Below, piece by piece: positions 1-11,340 of a stretch of 33,000 nt of DNA (its first letter is position 1; every line of letters starts with the position of its first letter). The translations under genes and the position numbers were made by a program. The stretch spans positions 118,112,852 through 118,145,851 of the forward strand of contig NC_133620.1 in the NCBI RefSeq assembly GCF_048593235.1, given 5' to 3'. Source of the DNA: Sminthopsis crassicaudata. Its lineage: Eukaryota. The notes under the pieces were generated by a model. It was not told the DNA's origin and searched no databases. It worked only from the letters and a program-made list of their open reading frames with translations.

Positions 1-344
1 TCTCCTACAATACTGTATTGGATTGGCTCAGAAAATATGAGCCTGAACAACTTGTCTCACAGTCCCATTATTTAGGAATCTCAACTGAGGCTCAGCCCCT
101 CATCCAACCAGGTGACTGGGACTACTGGAAACACCATCTCCAAAAACACTCCTTAGAGCTATGGTGGAGAGGTTCCTTTGAAGTCCTGCTTATCACCCCT
201 ATTGCAGTCAAACTCCATGGAGTGGCATTCTAGATTCCCCTGTCACATCTCAAAAGGGCAGTACCATCTACCTGGGTTATAGAACCTACAGATGACCTGA
301 CCTTGAAAATCAAACTCACTCTGAAGCAGCCAAATGCAAAATAG
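1..344 (+). mobile_element. Class I (gamma-like) ERV pol remnant, integrase C-terminal region
   Basis: The frame of ORF 18..233, read through the TAG at 231-233, gives IQPGDWDYWKHHLQKHSLELWWRGSFEVLLITPIAVKLHGVAF*IPLSHLKRAVPSTWVIEPTDDLTLKIKL, stop at 342-344. This resembles the retroviral IN C-terminus (PGDWV..K..L.P.WKGPY.VLLTTPTA.K..G...WIH.SH.K). Confidence 0.85.
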
Positions 345-599
345 CTGTTCCCAAGACTCCAGGACAAAAAGTAGCAGATGCAGACCATCAACCCAAGAAA
401 TTGTATGTGGCTTAAAGATTTCAGTAAACTCTTATACACTCAGTGTTCATGGAAGCAGCAGCTTTACTTCCACTTTTACACTTCTTAAATAGCTCTATAC
501 CACATCACAGCCTCTCTACTTTCTGGGAAGGCCTCTGTGCTTTTGTCTATTCTATGTCCTGATTTCCAGGGAATCACTCCACTGAAGTTCCTCTTCAGT

Positions 600-1097
600 T
601 AAAATTATCCTTCCATCAGCAAGAGAGGTTTGCTGTCCTGACGATTGTGGTCCTGTTGGCACCTATCTGATCCTAAGCTGATAGCAAAGACACCTTTGGT
701 ATGCTGTACCTATCTGTTGGGAACCTCTGGGCAGAAGTAGCTGGAGAATATAGGGAAGTTTGTCACCAATCTTCAAATGCAGGTTGATTCACCTTCCCTC
801 ATGGTATTGCAAAATTTTAGGTGCTGGACACTCAAACAGCTGAAAAGTGTTATAGGAAGGAATGTTTCTATTGTCAAATGTTTCTATGTCAACCAATCCT
901 CTCAAATAAGGAAGACCTCAAGGCTCCAAACAAGCAAGGAGATTTATAGAATCTATAGGAATGTCTCCCTTTTACCTTCCTTTGATCTACTCTCCTGGAT
1001 CCTGAAAACTTTGGCAGCATTCTCTGTTCTGCTCTTCCTAGTCTGGTGTTTCTCTTCCTTATTTGCCTTGCCATCTACCTTGGCATTCACTCTGTAA
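600..1097 (+). mobile_element. ERV env transmembrane (TM) subunit remnant, frameshifted
   Basis: LQMQVDSPSLMVLQN (771-815), then after a frameshift VLDTQTAEK (821-847): the heptad plus immunosuppressive-domain motif (LQN.R.LD.LTAE.GG). It is followed by CFYVNQSSQI and a hydrophobic anchor (LLSWILKTLAAFSVLLFLVWCF). A possible furin-like SKR/GL lies near 618-632. Confidence 0.8.
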
Positions 1098-1654
1098 TTC
1101 ACTGTTTTTATATAAACTCAAAGTATTGTCTCAAATGAATGTTCCTCTTTGATCTTCAGGGATTTAACATCAATTAGCTTTTAGAAAAGGATATTTACTT
1201 TGAAGATATATAGAGAGAACAAAAGTACAAGCATTTCCCTCCCAGTTCTTCAAAGTTCACATGAAAAAAAAATGTGATGGAAGACGTAGCCAATGTGGTT
1301 TTGAAATAGTAAGCCAGATCTTACTTGCTACACATGGGACTTTGTTATAAAAGTGACCTCTTTCCATTTGTAGGAACCAATGGAAAGATTTTTCACTTTT
1401 TTTCTGTGAATACTCTAGTTTTGGGGATCTTAGAGAAACTGGAAAAAAAATTTTAATTTCATTTTAGGTTGCAATTGTACAATTATTTTTCCAGTGTGTC
1501 TTTTCTATTCCAGTCTGTTTCTTTTGAGATGATTTTTACAAGTTTTTCAATTGCTAATTTGCTGAATTAATAAATACTGATACTATATTATTGAATCTTG
1601 TACAATTATTGAAATTTACATGAGAAGCATGATTTTTGCATCATTAAAATGCTG

Positions 1655-3145
1655 GTGTCTACAAGATACAATAGAAAATGAGTATAGTAATCTAGTGTTT
1701 GATAAACCCCAAAACCCCAGCTTCTGGGATAAGAATTTATTATTTGACAAAAATTTCTGGGAAAATTGGAAAATAGTATGGCAGAAACTAGTTGACCAAC
1801 ACCTAATACCCTATGTCAAGATAAGGTCAAAATGGATTCGTGATTTAGACACAAAGAGTAACATGATTAGCAAATTAGAAGAACTAAGGATAGTCTACCT
1901 CTCAGATCCGTGGAGTAGAAAGGAATCTATGGCCAAAGGAGAACTAAAGTACACTATATAATCCAAAATGAATAATTTTGATTATATTAAGTTAAAAAGT
2001 GTTTATAGAAACAAAACCAAAACAGACAATATTGGAAGGGAAGCAGAAAACTGGGGGGGGGGGGAATTTTACATCCAAGGGTTCTGATAAAGGCCTCATT
2101 TCTAAAATACATAGAAAATTGGCTCAATTTTATAAGAATATAAGCATTTCTCCAATTGATAAAAGGTCAAAGGATATGAACAGACAATTTTTAAATGAAG
2201 AAATTAAAACCATTTCTAGTTATATGAAAAAATGCTCTAAATTAATATTGATCAGAGAAATGCAAATTAAGACAACTCTAAAGTACCACTACACACTTGT
2301 CAGATTGGCTAAGATGACAAAAAAAGATAATGATGAATATTAGAGAGGATGTGGGAAAACTGGGACACTAATACATTGTTAATCTAGTTGTGAACTGATC
2401 CAAACATTTAGAGAACAATATGGAACTATGGCCAAAGAGCTATCAAACTGTGCAAATCCTTTGATAGAGCAATGTCTCTATTGGGCCTGTTTCCTGAAGA
2501 GATCATAAATAAGAGAAAAGGACCCACATGAGCAAAAATGTTTGTGGCAGCCCTTTTTGTAGTGGCAAGGAACTGGAAATTGAATGGATGCCCATCAGTT
2601 GGAGAATGGCTGAATGAATTGTGATATATGAATGTTATGGAATATTATTGTTCTATAAGAAATAATCAGCAAGATGATTTAAGAAAGGCCTGGACTTATA
2701 TGAACTAATGCTGAGCAAAATGAGAAGAACCAGAACATTGTACACAGTAAGAATAAAATTATTCAATGATTAACTATGATGGATGTGGCTCTTTTCAACA
2801 ACAAAGTGATTCAGGCCAATTTCAATGATCTTGTAATGGAGAGAGCCATCTGCATCCAGAGAGAGGACTGTGGGGACTGAGTGTGGATCACAACATAGTT
2901 TTTTCACCATTTTTGTTGTTGCTTATTTGTTTTTTGTTTTTCTCATTTTTTTCCTTTTCAATCTGATTTTTCTTGTTCAGCATGATAATTGTAGAAATAT
3001 GTATAGAGAAGAATTGAACATGTTTAACATATATTGGATTACTTGCTATCTAGGGGAAAGGAGGGAGAAAAAAATTTAGAACACAGGGAAAATCCTGTGT
3101 GAATGCTGAAAAAAAATTATATTTTTTTGAAAATAAAAAGCTATG
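1655..3145 (+). mobile_element. LINE-1, 5'-truncated: ORF2 C-terminal part plus 3' UTR
   Basis: ORF2-like peptides YSNLVFDKP..FWDKN..FDKN.WENWKIVWQKL, MQIKTTLKYHYT.VRLAKM and a WYMNVMEYY-like region, disrupted by stops and frameshifts; A-rich tail near 3110-3145. Confidence 0.9.
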
Positions 3146-3149
3146 TATT

Positions 3150-3439
3150 TTGTTTTCTTACTCATTTACTTTCTTTTTTAATCTGATTTTTCTTGTGCAG
3201 CAAGAATTGTATAAATATGTTTATACATATTGGATTTTAACATACTTTTAACATGTTTAACATATATTGGATTGCTTGCCATCCTAGGGGACGGGTGGAG
3301 GAAAGGAGAAAATCTGAAATACAAGGCTATGCAAGGGTCAATGTTGTCAAATTATCCGTGCATATATTTTGAAAATAAAAAGCTTTAAAAAGAAAAAGAA
3401 AATAAGAAGCTAAAAAAAAAATAAAAATAAAAATAAAAT
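3150..3439 (+). mobile_element. Second LINE-1 3' UTR/poly-A tail fragment
   Basis: Repeats the L1 3' UTR motifs of 2950-3140 (aatctgatttttcttgt, aacatatattggatt, gaaaataaaaagct) and ends in an A-rich tail. Confidence 0.75.
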
Positions 3440-3604
3440 GGGGCAGCTAGTTATTGCAGTAGATAGAGCACCAACCCTGAAGTTAGGAAGACCTGATTTC
3501 ACATATGGCCTCAGACATTTAATACTTCCTAGCTGTGTGACCCTAGGCAAGTTACTTAACCCCAATTGCCTCAGCAAAAAAAATAAAAATAAAATAAAAT
3601 AAAA
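3440..3604 (+). mobile_element. tRNA-derived core SINE, WSINE1-like
   Basis: ggggcagctag...gatagagcacc...ccctgaagttaggaagacctg...tagctgtgtgaccctaggcaagttacttaaccccaattgcctcagc followed by an A-rich tail. Family name is from recall. Confidence 0.85.
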
Positions 3605-4339
3605 TAACTTATACTGATAAAAAAAAAAAATTCTGTTGCCTAGTTGAAAAATGCTAATGTTTCCTTTTTATTGAACCAATCTGGGTCACTTGCCATATTG
3701 TGAAACCATATGACCTTCAAGTCTATAAGGTTAGATTTCCATTGTATTTAAAACCCTCAAGTAATCAACCCTTAGTGATTGTTTCCTTTTCTTATAAACC
3801 TCACTTGTCTGGGGTTTATTTCACCTTGTGTGCTATTTTCTCTAAATGAGTTTATTTGTCTTGTTATTGGGTGAGAATTAGAATTCTAACAAGATTGCTT
3901 TTATAGTGGCAAGGATTATAAATGGCAGAAATTTTGAGTTGTTTTGGGAATGAGGATCCAGAGTGAACTAAGAACCACCAAGGATGACCTTATACACTAA
4001 GGAAATAGTGGAGGATTGTTGGGAGGATATCCTGGAAATTCTATGGAGGGTATCCTAGCTAAGACAGTTGTTTTTTCTGAGAATGAGAGTCTTACTTCCA
4101 GGTGTTACCAGGTCCTTAATGCCTTTGGAAAGAACATATAATCTGGAAAGTTCTGTAGGGATTCAGGTTTTCTTCTGAGACACAAAACTGATTTTCTTTT
4201 ATTTATTTCCTTTGTTTTCAGAAATGACATTTTGAGTGCCAAGCCATGTACTTGTTAAATATAAGGAGAGTAGTAATTGTTGGTAAACTTTATGAGATAC
4301 TCTTTTTTGAATCTGTATAACTCTCTATTTGGAGATAAG

Positions 4340-4775
4340 TGTTGTGCCACAGTTTCCTAATCGTCCTGCCTCAGTTCCTTGAATTGTTCTGCCTCAATCC
4401 CCCTAGTAGCAACCCCCCACCTCCTGACCATTAGGATATAGGACATAACTCAGGCTGGTTACTCTAAGGTTATAAACTGTAAATGTGTAATCTCAAGAGA
4501 AGGGGGAGTTTGTGAAGAGGGGACCCTGAAACTCTAAAAATCCTTAAAGGAGAAAATCTCCTTCAATTCTGCCTCAGTGAGGAACCCCAAACTGAGGGAC
4601 AAACAGTTTCATCCTTGTTATCTGGGTGGGGTCGCTCAGTCCTGAAACTCATTGAATTCAATTCAAATTCGAGTCAAAATGGATCCTTTGGTCCCAATCT
4701 CTCCCTCTCAGAAATCCAAATAAAATATTAAAAACTCTCTAATCTCTATTTTGCCTCAGTTTGTCCAGCATTACA
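4340..4775 (+). mobile_element. Solo LTR (436 bp)
   Basis: TG at 4340 and CA at 4774-4775, AATAAA near 4719, imperfect 5-bp flanks ATAAG/AGAAG. Shares a segment with the LTR at 8236-8966. Confidence 0.72.
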
Positions 4776-6429
4776 AGAAGTATGATTTTTGCTTGTATTT
4801 TTGGATTATATGAAATGATACCACATTGATTATTTTGAAATTTCTTCCTGGTTTTGGGGAAGCAAGTGAAAGGACAATGCTTAGGCTTTTGTATCACAGA
4901 CATGAGCAATGTGTTCAAAACTCATGTCTGCCAATTTTCCAAATGGGGGAAATTTTTTTTAAAAGACTACTTTTTAAAACTCATTGGGTGTAAGTATATG
5001 TGGCTAATATTTCCCACATACAATAACAATGACCTATAGGGAGAAGCCTCTCCCTTTAAGGGCAAGGATTAATCTGGAGGTTCTGATTTGAAAAGAGTAA
5101 GACATTAAGAATTCTGAAATCTGAGAAGTGAGAACCATGCCAGGTTTTGCAGACAGCTCAGCATCCAAACTCCAAAGGACAAAAAATGACTTTTAGGACC
5201 CAGTGCACTGGGAGCCCAGAAAAGAACTCATCTGGCACATTTGAATGGGAACTTGGTGAAACTGATGCTATGTAGTATCTGAACTAAGAGTGAACCCATT
5301 TTCCTTAAGAGATCAAGGTGGGATAGAGGAGAAATGTTTGTATGTTCCTTCTTGCTATATCTTTAATGTAAATATCCTGATCTAAAAGCTAATTGATTTT
5401 AAATGGAACTGGGGTAATTGTGAGGAAAACAAAACCAGCTGGGGCAAGCCAATAGTATTAGAGAAGCAACACCTCAACCCCAGAGTGTACACCTAGAACT
5501 GTGAGAGGGAGATGTAGCAAACCTTGACCTGGAAGTTAAGCCCAAAGCATATTTATCACAATAAATTTTATTTTTATTTTTATTTTTATTATTTTAAAGA
5601 GTTACTGAGGTCCTAGCTTTTTGTTAAGATGTCTTTTCTCAATACCAGGAATGGGGAAAGGATGCTATGAAATTATTTTCATGTAAAAAAGATATTCTCA
5701 TCTTTCACAAGATAGAACACTACTATTGGGTATAAACTGGTGTCTTCTCTGCAGATAGTGTTTCCTGTGTCTGACTCTATTTCCATATTTACTTTATCTC
5801 AAATAAGATCTGTGCTTATGTTCCTCATAGATGAGTTTCTAGTACATGAGGAAAGAGATATTCTTAGGGCCATATGCCAGGCTAAAAAATGCTGCCCTAC
5901 TTCTTGCCCTCCCAGAAGATCTTTATTCATATTGCATCTGTGAGTGAACTCTCTAGTCTGATTTGCAGATGGCAAGCTGACAAGATTGTTGGAATTTGGA
6001 AACCTTGTCAGATAGGTTAGGATTCTGGTCCCAGTGCAGTCCAGGCCACAGAAACAAGGCCTTCTGAGGTCAAATTCTCAAGATTCTTCAGTTTTCCAAC
6101 CTCCCCAGTGTACTGATCCATGATTCTGTTACTATGAAGAGCTATGTTCAACAGTTTGCAGTTTGGTCACCACTGGGACACTCCTTGACAATATTTTTTT
6201 TTTCAATTTTATCTTTATTCCAAACTTAAACTCACCAAAAAGAATATTTCTACATGCACAGCAGGAGACAAAAAAAGATATATAACCATGAGTTTACATT
6301 TGTCAAAATTGATAAATGACTTAGACATAAAGAGTGATATTCTAATTAGAGGGGCACAGAAAACTTTACATGTCGCATCAATGGATTAGGAAAGAATTTG
6401 TGACCAAAGAAGAGAGAGAATCACAGGAG

Positions 6430-6550
6430 GTAAAATTAAAATTTTGATTATATAAAATCAAAAAGATTTTAAACAATACTAATGTAGCCAAAGTTAAAAG
6501 GAAAGCAGGAAAATAAGAAAAAATTACAGGTTTCTCTGATAAAGTTCTCA
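6430..6550 (+). mobile_element. Short LINE-1 ORF2 fragment
   Basis: aattttgattatataaaat...aaaggaaagcaggaaaat...tctgataaagttctcattt parallels the L1 text at ~1973-2105. Confidence 0.6.
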
Positions 6551-6551
6551 T

Positions 6552-7245
6552 TTTTCTTTTTTGAAAAAGCTTTTTATTTTCAAAATATCTGTGGTTTGCA
6601 ATATTCATCCTTGCAAAATCTTGTTTGTGTTCCAAATTTTTTTCTCCTTTCTTTCCCCTCCCCCTGCTCCCACTCCTAGATGGCAAATAATCTAATCTGT
6701 GTTAAACATGTGCAATTCTTCTATACATATTTCTACAATTATCATGTTGAACAAGAAAAATCAGATCAAAAGGGGAAAAAATGATAAAGAAAACAAAATG
6801 GAAGCAAACAACAACAAAAGTGAAAATACTATGTTGTGATCTACACTCAGTACCCATAGTCCTCTCTCTGGATGCAGACGGCTCTCTCCATCACAAAATC
6901 ACTGGATGTGGCCTGAATCACCTTGATGTTAAAAAGAGCCATGTCTATCAGAATTGATCATCATATAATCTTGTTGTTGCTGTGTAGAACTTTCTCTTGC
7001 TTCTACTCACTTCACTTAGCATCAGTTCATCTAAGTCCAGGTTTTCCTGAAATCATTCTGCTGATCATTTCTTATAGAACAATAATATTCCAAAACATTC
7101 ATATACCATAACTTATTTAGCCATTCCCCAACTGATGGGCATCCACTCAGATTCCAGTTTCTTGCCACTACACAAAGGGCTGCCACAAAAGTTTTTGCAC
7201 ATGTGGATTTATTTCTCTTTTTTTATGATCTCTTTGGGACACAGG
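6552..7245 (-). mobile_element. LINE-1 3' end (ORF2 tail and 3' UTR), inverted
   Basis: Reverse complement of the L1 text at 2480-3130, e.g. ccattccccaactgatgggcatccac, ctctctctggatgcaga, T-rich end at ~6552-6580. Confidence 0.9.
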
Positions 7246-7369
7246 AGAAATACTACTTGGTGGGGGAGGGGGATAAGGAAGTGAAGGGATAGAGGATAGA
7301 GCAATGAACTCTCAAAGCCTTCCTTTATAGAGGTACTTGGTGGTACTTCCCCTTCTTACACTTTTAGTC

Positions 7370-7490
7370 TTTTCCCAATAGATTATATGTTCCTAGAGGA
7401 CAAGAACCTTCTTTTTCTTATTTGTATTACCAGAGCTTAGCTTAGAGCCCAGCACACAGTAGGCACTTAAAATGTTTACTGAATTGGTCT
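7370..7490 (+). mobile_element. L2 3' end fragment
   Basis: tagattatatgttcctagaggacaag...agcacacagtaggcacttaaaatgtttactgaat resembles the L2 terminus. Confidence 0.6.
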
Positions 7491-8019
7491 TCAGCTAGTT
7501 ACACATTCTTCTTTTTAAATAAATGTTAATTTGATGCTTTCTTTTTTATATGTGAGTTATTTCTTAAGGAATTTCCCCCCCCCCCCTCCCATTTCTTACC
7601 TCCCCGGACAAAAATAAATCTTTCCAGGTAACAAAGTAGTACAATTAACAAATCAACCACCTCAGCAGCAGTATGAACTACAATGGCAGAGGGTGTTTCC
7701 TTAAATCAATTAAATCACTAGGGGAATGTTTTCAAGGTACATATACAAAGCTAAAAAAAAAAAAAAGTAAGTAATTCCTATACATTGAAAAAGATCCCAG
7801 CTAGGTCCCATTTAGTTCAAATCACAAACTCCTTTGAAGTGGTCCCACTTGAAGGTATAATTATGTTTAAACCATAGTTATTGGTTCCAACTCTGTGGAT
7901 ATAAACAATTTTTAAAATTTTAAAGAAGTTTTAAAAATATGTTTATTAATATGCAGCAAAGGAAAAGATAAATGTATTTTTTTCAGTTGATCTGTTAACA
8001 GCAAAAGAAAAAAAATGCA

Positions 8020-9275
8020 TTAAAAATGTTTGTGGCAGCCCTTTTCCTAGTAGCTAGAAGCTGGAAATTGAATGGATGCCCATCAATTGGAGAATGGTTG
8101 GGTAAATTGTGGTATATGAATGTTATGGAATATTATTGTGCTGTAAGAAATGACCAGCAGGATGAATACAGAGAGGCCTGGAGAGACTTACATGAATTGA
8201 TGCTAAGTGAAATGAGCAGAACCAGGAGATCATTATGATGAGATTAGGGTTCTTGGTGGTCAGGGAGTTAAATGATGAGGTTAGTGGCAGGTTCAGGGAA
8301 CCAAATGGAGAGGTTTGGCTCCCCTAAATCCCCTTAGGATTTGATGCATGGCAGGGAGTTGTGGGAACCCCCCTTCTGGGGGCACAGAGGTTCTTTATAA
8401 AGGAATTTACAAACACGAAAAGCTGGAATGGTAAAAAGAAGTTTCTTATTGATATTGGGAAGTGAGACTTTGCTCTGCATGAATAGAAAGACTAAATTCT
8501 TTAGTGACAAGGCCTGATAGAGAAGTAAAGTTTCTAGTAGAGAAATCCCAACAGAAAGATACAAAGTCTTGCTAGGAAAATGGGTGAGAGAGTTAAAAAA
8601 GGGTAACGCTGAAAGAGAATATCATTTCAGCGGGCAGAGGTTGCTGCTATGCTACGAAGCCCCAAGTTGGCTCATTTTATAAGCCTTGGCTACAAGTGGG
8701 GGTTGCTCTTGATGGGGGCTGGGTTCAGCTTGAGCTAATTTGAATAGATTCTAATTTGAATAGAATTGAATGAGTGTCTCTAGGTTTGATCTTTGACTCA
8801 ATGGCAAGTTTAATCAGTAGTGAGTGTTATCAATGGGATCTCTCAGGATAACAGAATGAAGCTGTTTGTCCGGTTTCCCTCAGGCAGGGTCTTTTACAGA
8901 AGCCAGGATTCAAGTAGACTTTCTCCTTGAAGGAGTTTTAGAGAGTTTTGGGATCCCCCCTCCTCATTTATACACTTCAACAACAATACTATAAGAGGAT
9001 CAATTCTGATGGAAGTGGCAATCTTTGGCAATGAGAGGATGTAATTCAGTTCCAATCAATCAGTGATGAACAGAACTAGTTACCCAGTGAAGGAACACTG
9101 GGAAATGAGTGTGGACCACAACATAGCATTTACACTCTTTCTGTTGTTTGCTTGCATTTTTGTTTTTCTTTCTAAACCCGATTTTTCTTGTGCAATAAGA
9201 GAACTGTATAAATATGTACACATATATTGTATTTAAGATATACTTTAACATGTTAAAATAAAAAAGAAAAATACA
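8020..9275 (+). mobile_element. LINE-1 3' end split by an LTR insertion (L1 parts 8020-8235 and 8967-9275)
   Basis: ORF 8026..8238 (MFVAALFLVARSWKLNGCPSIGEWLGKLWYMNVMEYY) is the ORF2 C-terminus. The L1 text gagatcatta|tacacttcaacaacaatac resumes exactly after the insert. Confidence 0.9.
8236..8966 (-). mobile_element. Solo LTR (731 bp) inserted in L1
   Basis: TG at 8236 and CA at 8965-8966; 4-bp flanks ATTA/TTTA at the L1 breakpoint; TATAAAA on the minus strand near 8677-8683 sets the orientation. Confidence 0.8.
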
Positions 9276-10084
9276 TTTCTGTATTGCTTATGATTTTGAT
9301 TATGATATAAAATTCAAAAGCAAATTTTTAAAAATTGAAAAAAATTTTAAAATTACTGAATATTGTATCTAAACATAAGCCTATGTTGCTAAGAAAAATA
9401 GTCATTTAAAATGTTAGCATTATAAATTTAACTAATTTGTCTTTATATTTTCATACATATCTATATATCTATATTGACACACAATGAAGATGATGGGCGT
9501 ACAATTGTATCCTCTTTAATCTGTAAAATAATCACTGAAACTGCATCCCCTTTGATCTGTAAAAAAGAGATTGGGGGAGAAGACATATTTTCTAGACAAA
9601 CCTTTTTTCTAAGACAAACAGCATCATTCAATTGGAAATCTCTGGTAAATAACCCTCTATTGATCTTTTGAGTAGCCAAATTCAGGAAATTATAAATTCT
9701 GAAAAAAGCCTTCAAAATAATTTCATTCAATTGGGAGATCTTAGTCTGATAATAAGTTCAAACTGCCAAGAGATTTGTTTATAAAATAGGTTTCTGTTAA
9801 CTCATTATTTGCAAATTCCTTCATTAAGAGATTTGCCCTGGAGAGAGCTTCTTGGTGAAAAATAAAACTTCCTTTTTGCCACTAATATTTCAGATTCATG
9901 AATTCTTTCCCATTGGATCTGCCTCCTACCAAAGAAGGGGATTCCGACAACTCTCTGCATTGCCACTAGAACAGAATCAAACTAAGTGTAATTGGATGAT
10001 CTAAAGCAGTATTCAAAATCAGTAATATTTTAAACATATTTTTGTCCTTTCAACACTTTTTAAAAAATTCAGAGTATATTTTAA

Positions 10085-10715
10085 ACATTTTCCAATAGTA
10101 TTTTATTTTTCCAAATACATGCAAAGATAGTTTTTAACATTCACTTTTTTAAAATATATTTTTCCTCTTTATTAAAGCTTTTTATTTTTCAAAACATGTG
10201 TGGGCAATTATTCAACATTAGCCCTTGAAAAACCTTGTATTCCAATTCCACCCCCCCTCCCCTAGAAGACAACTAGTCCAATATAGGTTAAACATGGTAG
10301 AAATATGTGTTAAATCCAATATATGCATACATATTTATACAATTATCTTGCCACACAAAAAAATCAAATCATACCAAAAAAAAAAAAAAAAAGAGAGAGA
10401 GAAGCAAAATAAAATCAACATTCACTTTTGCAAAACTTTGTGTTCCAAATTTTTCTCCCTCCCTCCCTAAGGCAGCAAGCTACCAGATATAGGTTGAACA
10501 CATGCAATTCTAAACACATTTCCATATTTGTCATGCTGTGCAAGAAAAATCAAATCAAAAGGGAAAAAAAATGAGAAAAAACACACAAGTGAATAACAAC
10601 AGAAAAAAGTAAAAATACTATGTTTCAATTCACATTCAGTCTCCATAGTTCTCTCTTTGGATGCAGATGACACTTTCCATTCCAAGTCTTTTAGAATTGC
10701 TTTGAATCACCGAAT
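10085..10715 (-). mobile_element. Older LINE-1 3' UTR, interrupted by a younger L1 tail
   Basis: L1 3' UTR motifs in reverse complement (ttttatttttccaaatacatg, caaaactttgtgttccaaattt, ctctctttggatgcaga) on both sides of the nested insert. Confidence 0.8.
10149..10416 (-). mobile_element. Nested 5'-truncated LINE-1 tail with 13-bp target-site duplication
   Basis: AACATTCACTTTT occurs at 10136-10148 and 10417-10429, flanking an L1 3' UTR piece. Confidence 0.8.
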
Positions 10716-11340
10716 GGTAGCCTTTCAATGCTTTTCAAGTTGAGCTAAAATAATTTGAAAACGTTTTTGAACTAGTTTTGAACATCTTTATTCATCTGTG
10801 CATTCATATTTGACCAACAGACAACAGAAAATGGTCAATAACTACATGTAGACTTTCAGAGAACAAGACTTTCAAGACTGATGTTTGTTTAATCATTTTA
10901 GTCACATCCAAATCTTCAATATCCCACTTGGAGTTTTCTTGGAAAAGATTCCTTCTAAGGTTACACCAGCTACCAGATTTGAACTCACAAAGATGAGTCT
11001 TTCAGATTCCAGGCTCAGTGAACCACTACTACCAACATCTCACTACCCTGATAATCAAGAATTGGTTTTATTTAAAAATTCCTTTCAGTACTACTGATAA
11101 AAGTGCTAGAAAATACTCTGCCATACACTGAGTTTTCTTCTTTCTTAGAAATGTTTTGGAAGACATTTTTTTTCCAGAATAAGACTTTCAAACGTGTTAA
11201 AAATTTGTTAATCAGTGAATCCACATTCTTTGATCGTTTTCTCCAAAGTCTGAGGCCTTGCCTGTCCCAACACTATCTGCACTGGCTGCCTTTCCAGAAA
11301 ATTTTAACCTTAACTGAACTTGATTTTTAAAGGAGAGTAA

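Noticed and set aside
1620-2343. ORFs 1620..1961 and 1999..2343 as host genes
   Set aside because: They are broken pieces of L1 ORF2.
5030-5560. Possible additional LTR or ERV-derived segment
   Set aside because: No convincing TG..CA ends or TSD found, and no coding motif.
9460-9975. LTR-like stretch with AATAAA near 9860
   Set aside because: Boundaries and TSD could not be defined; needs RepeatMasker.
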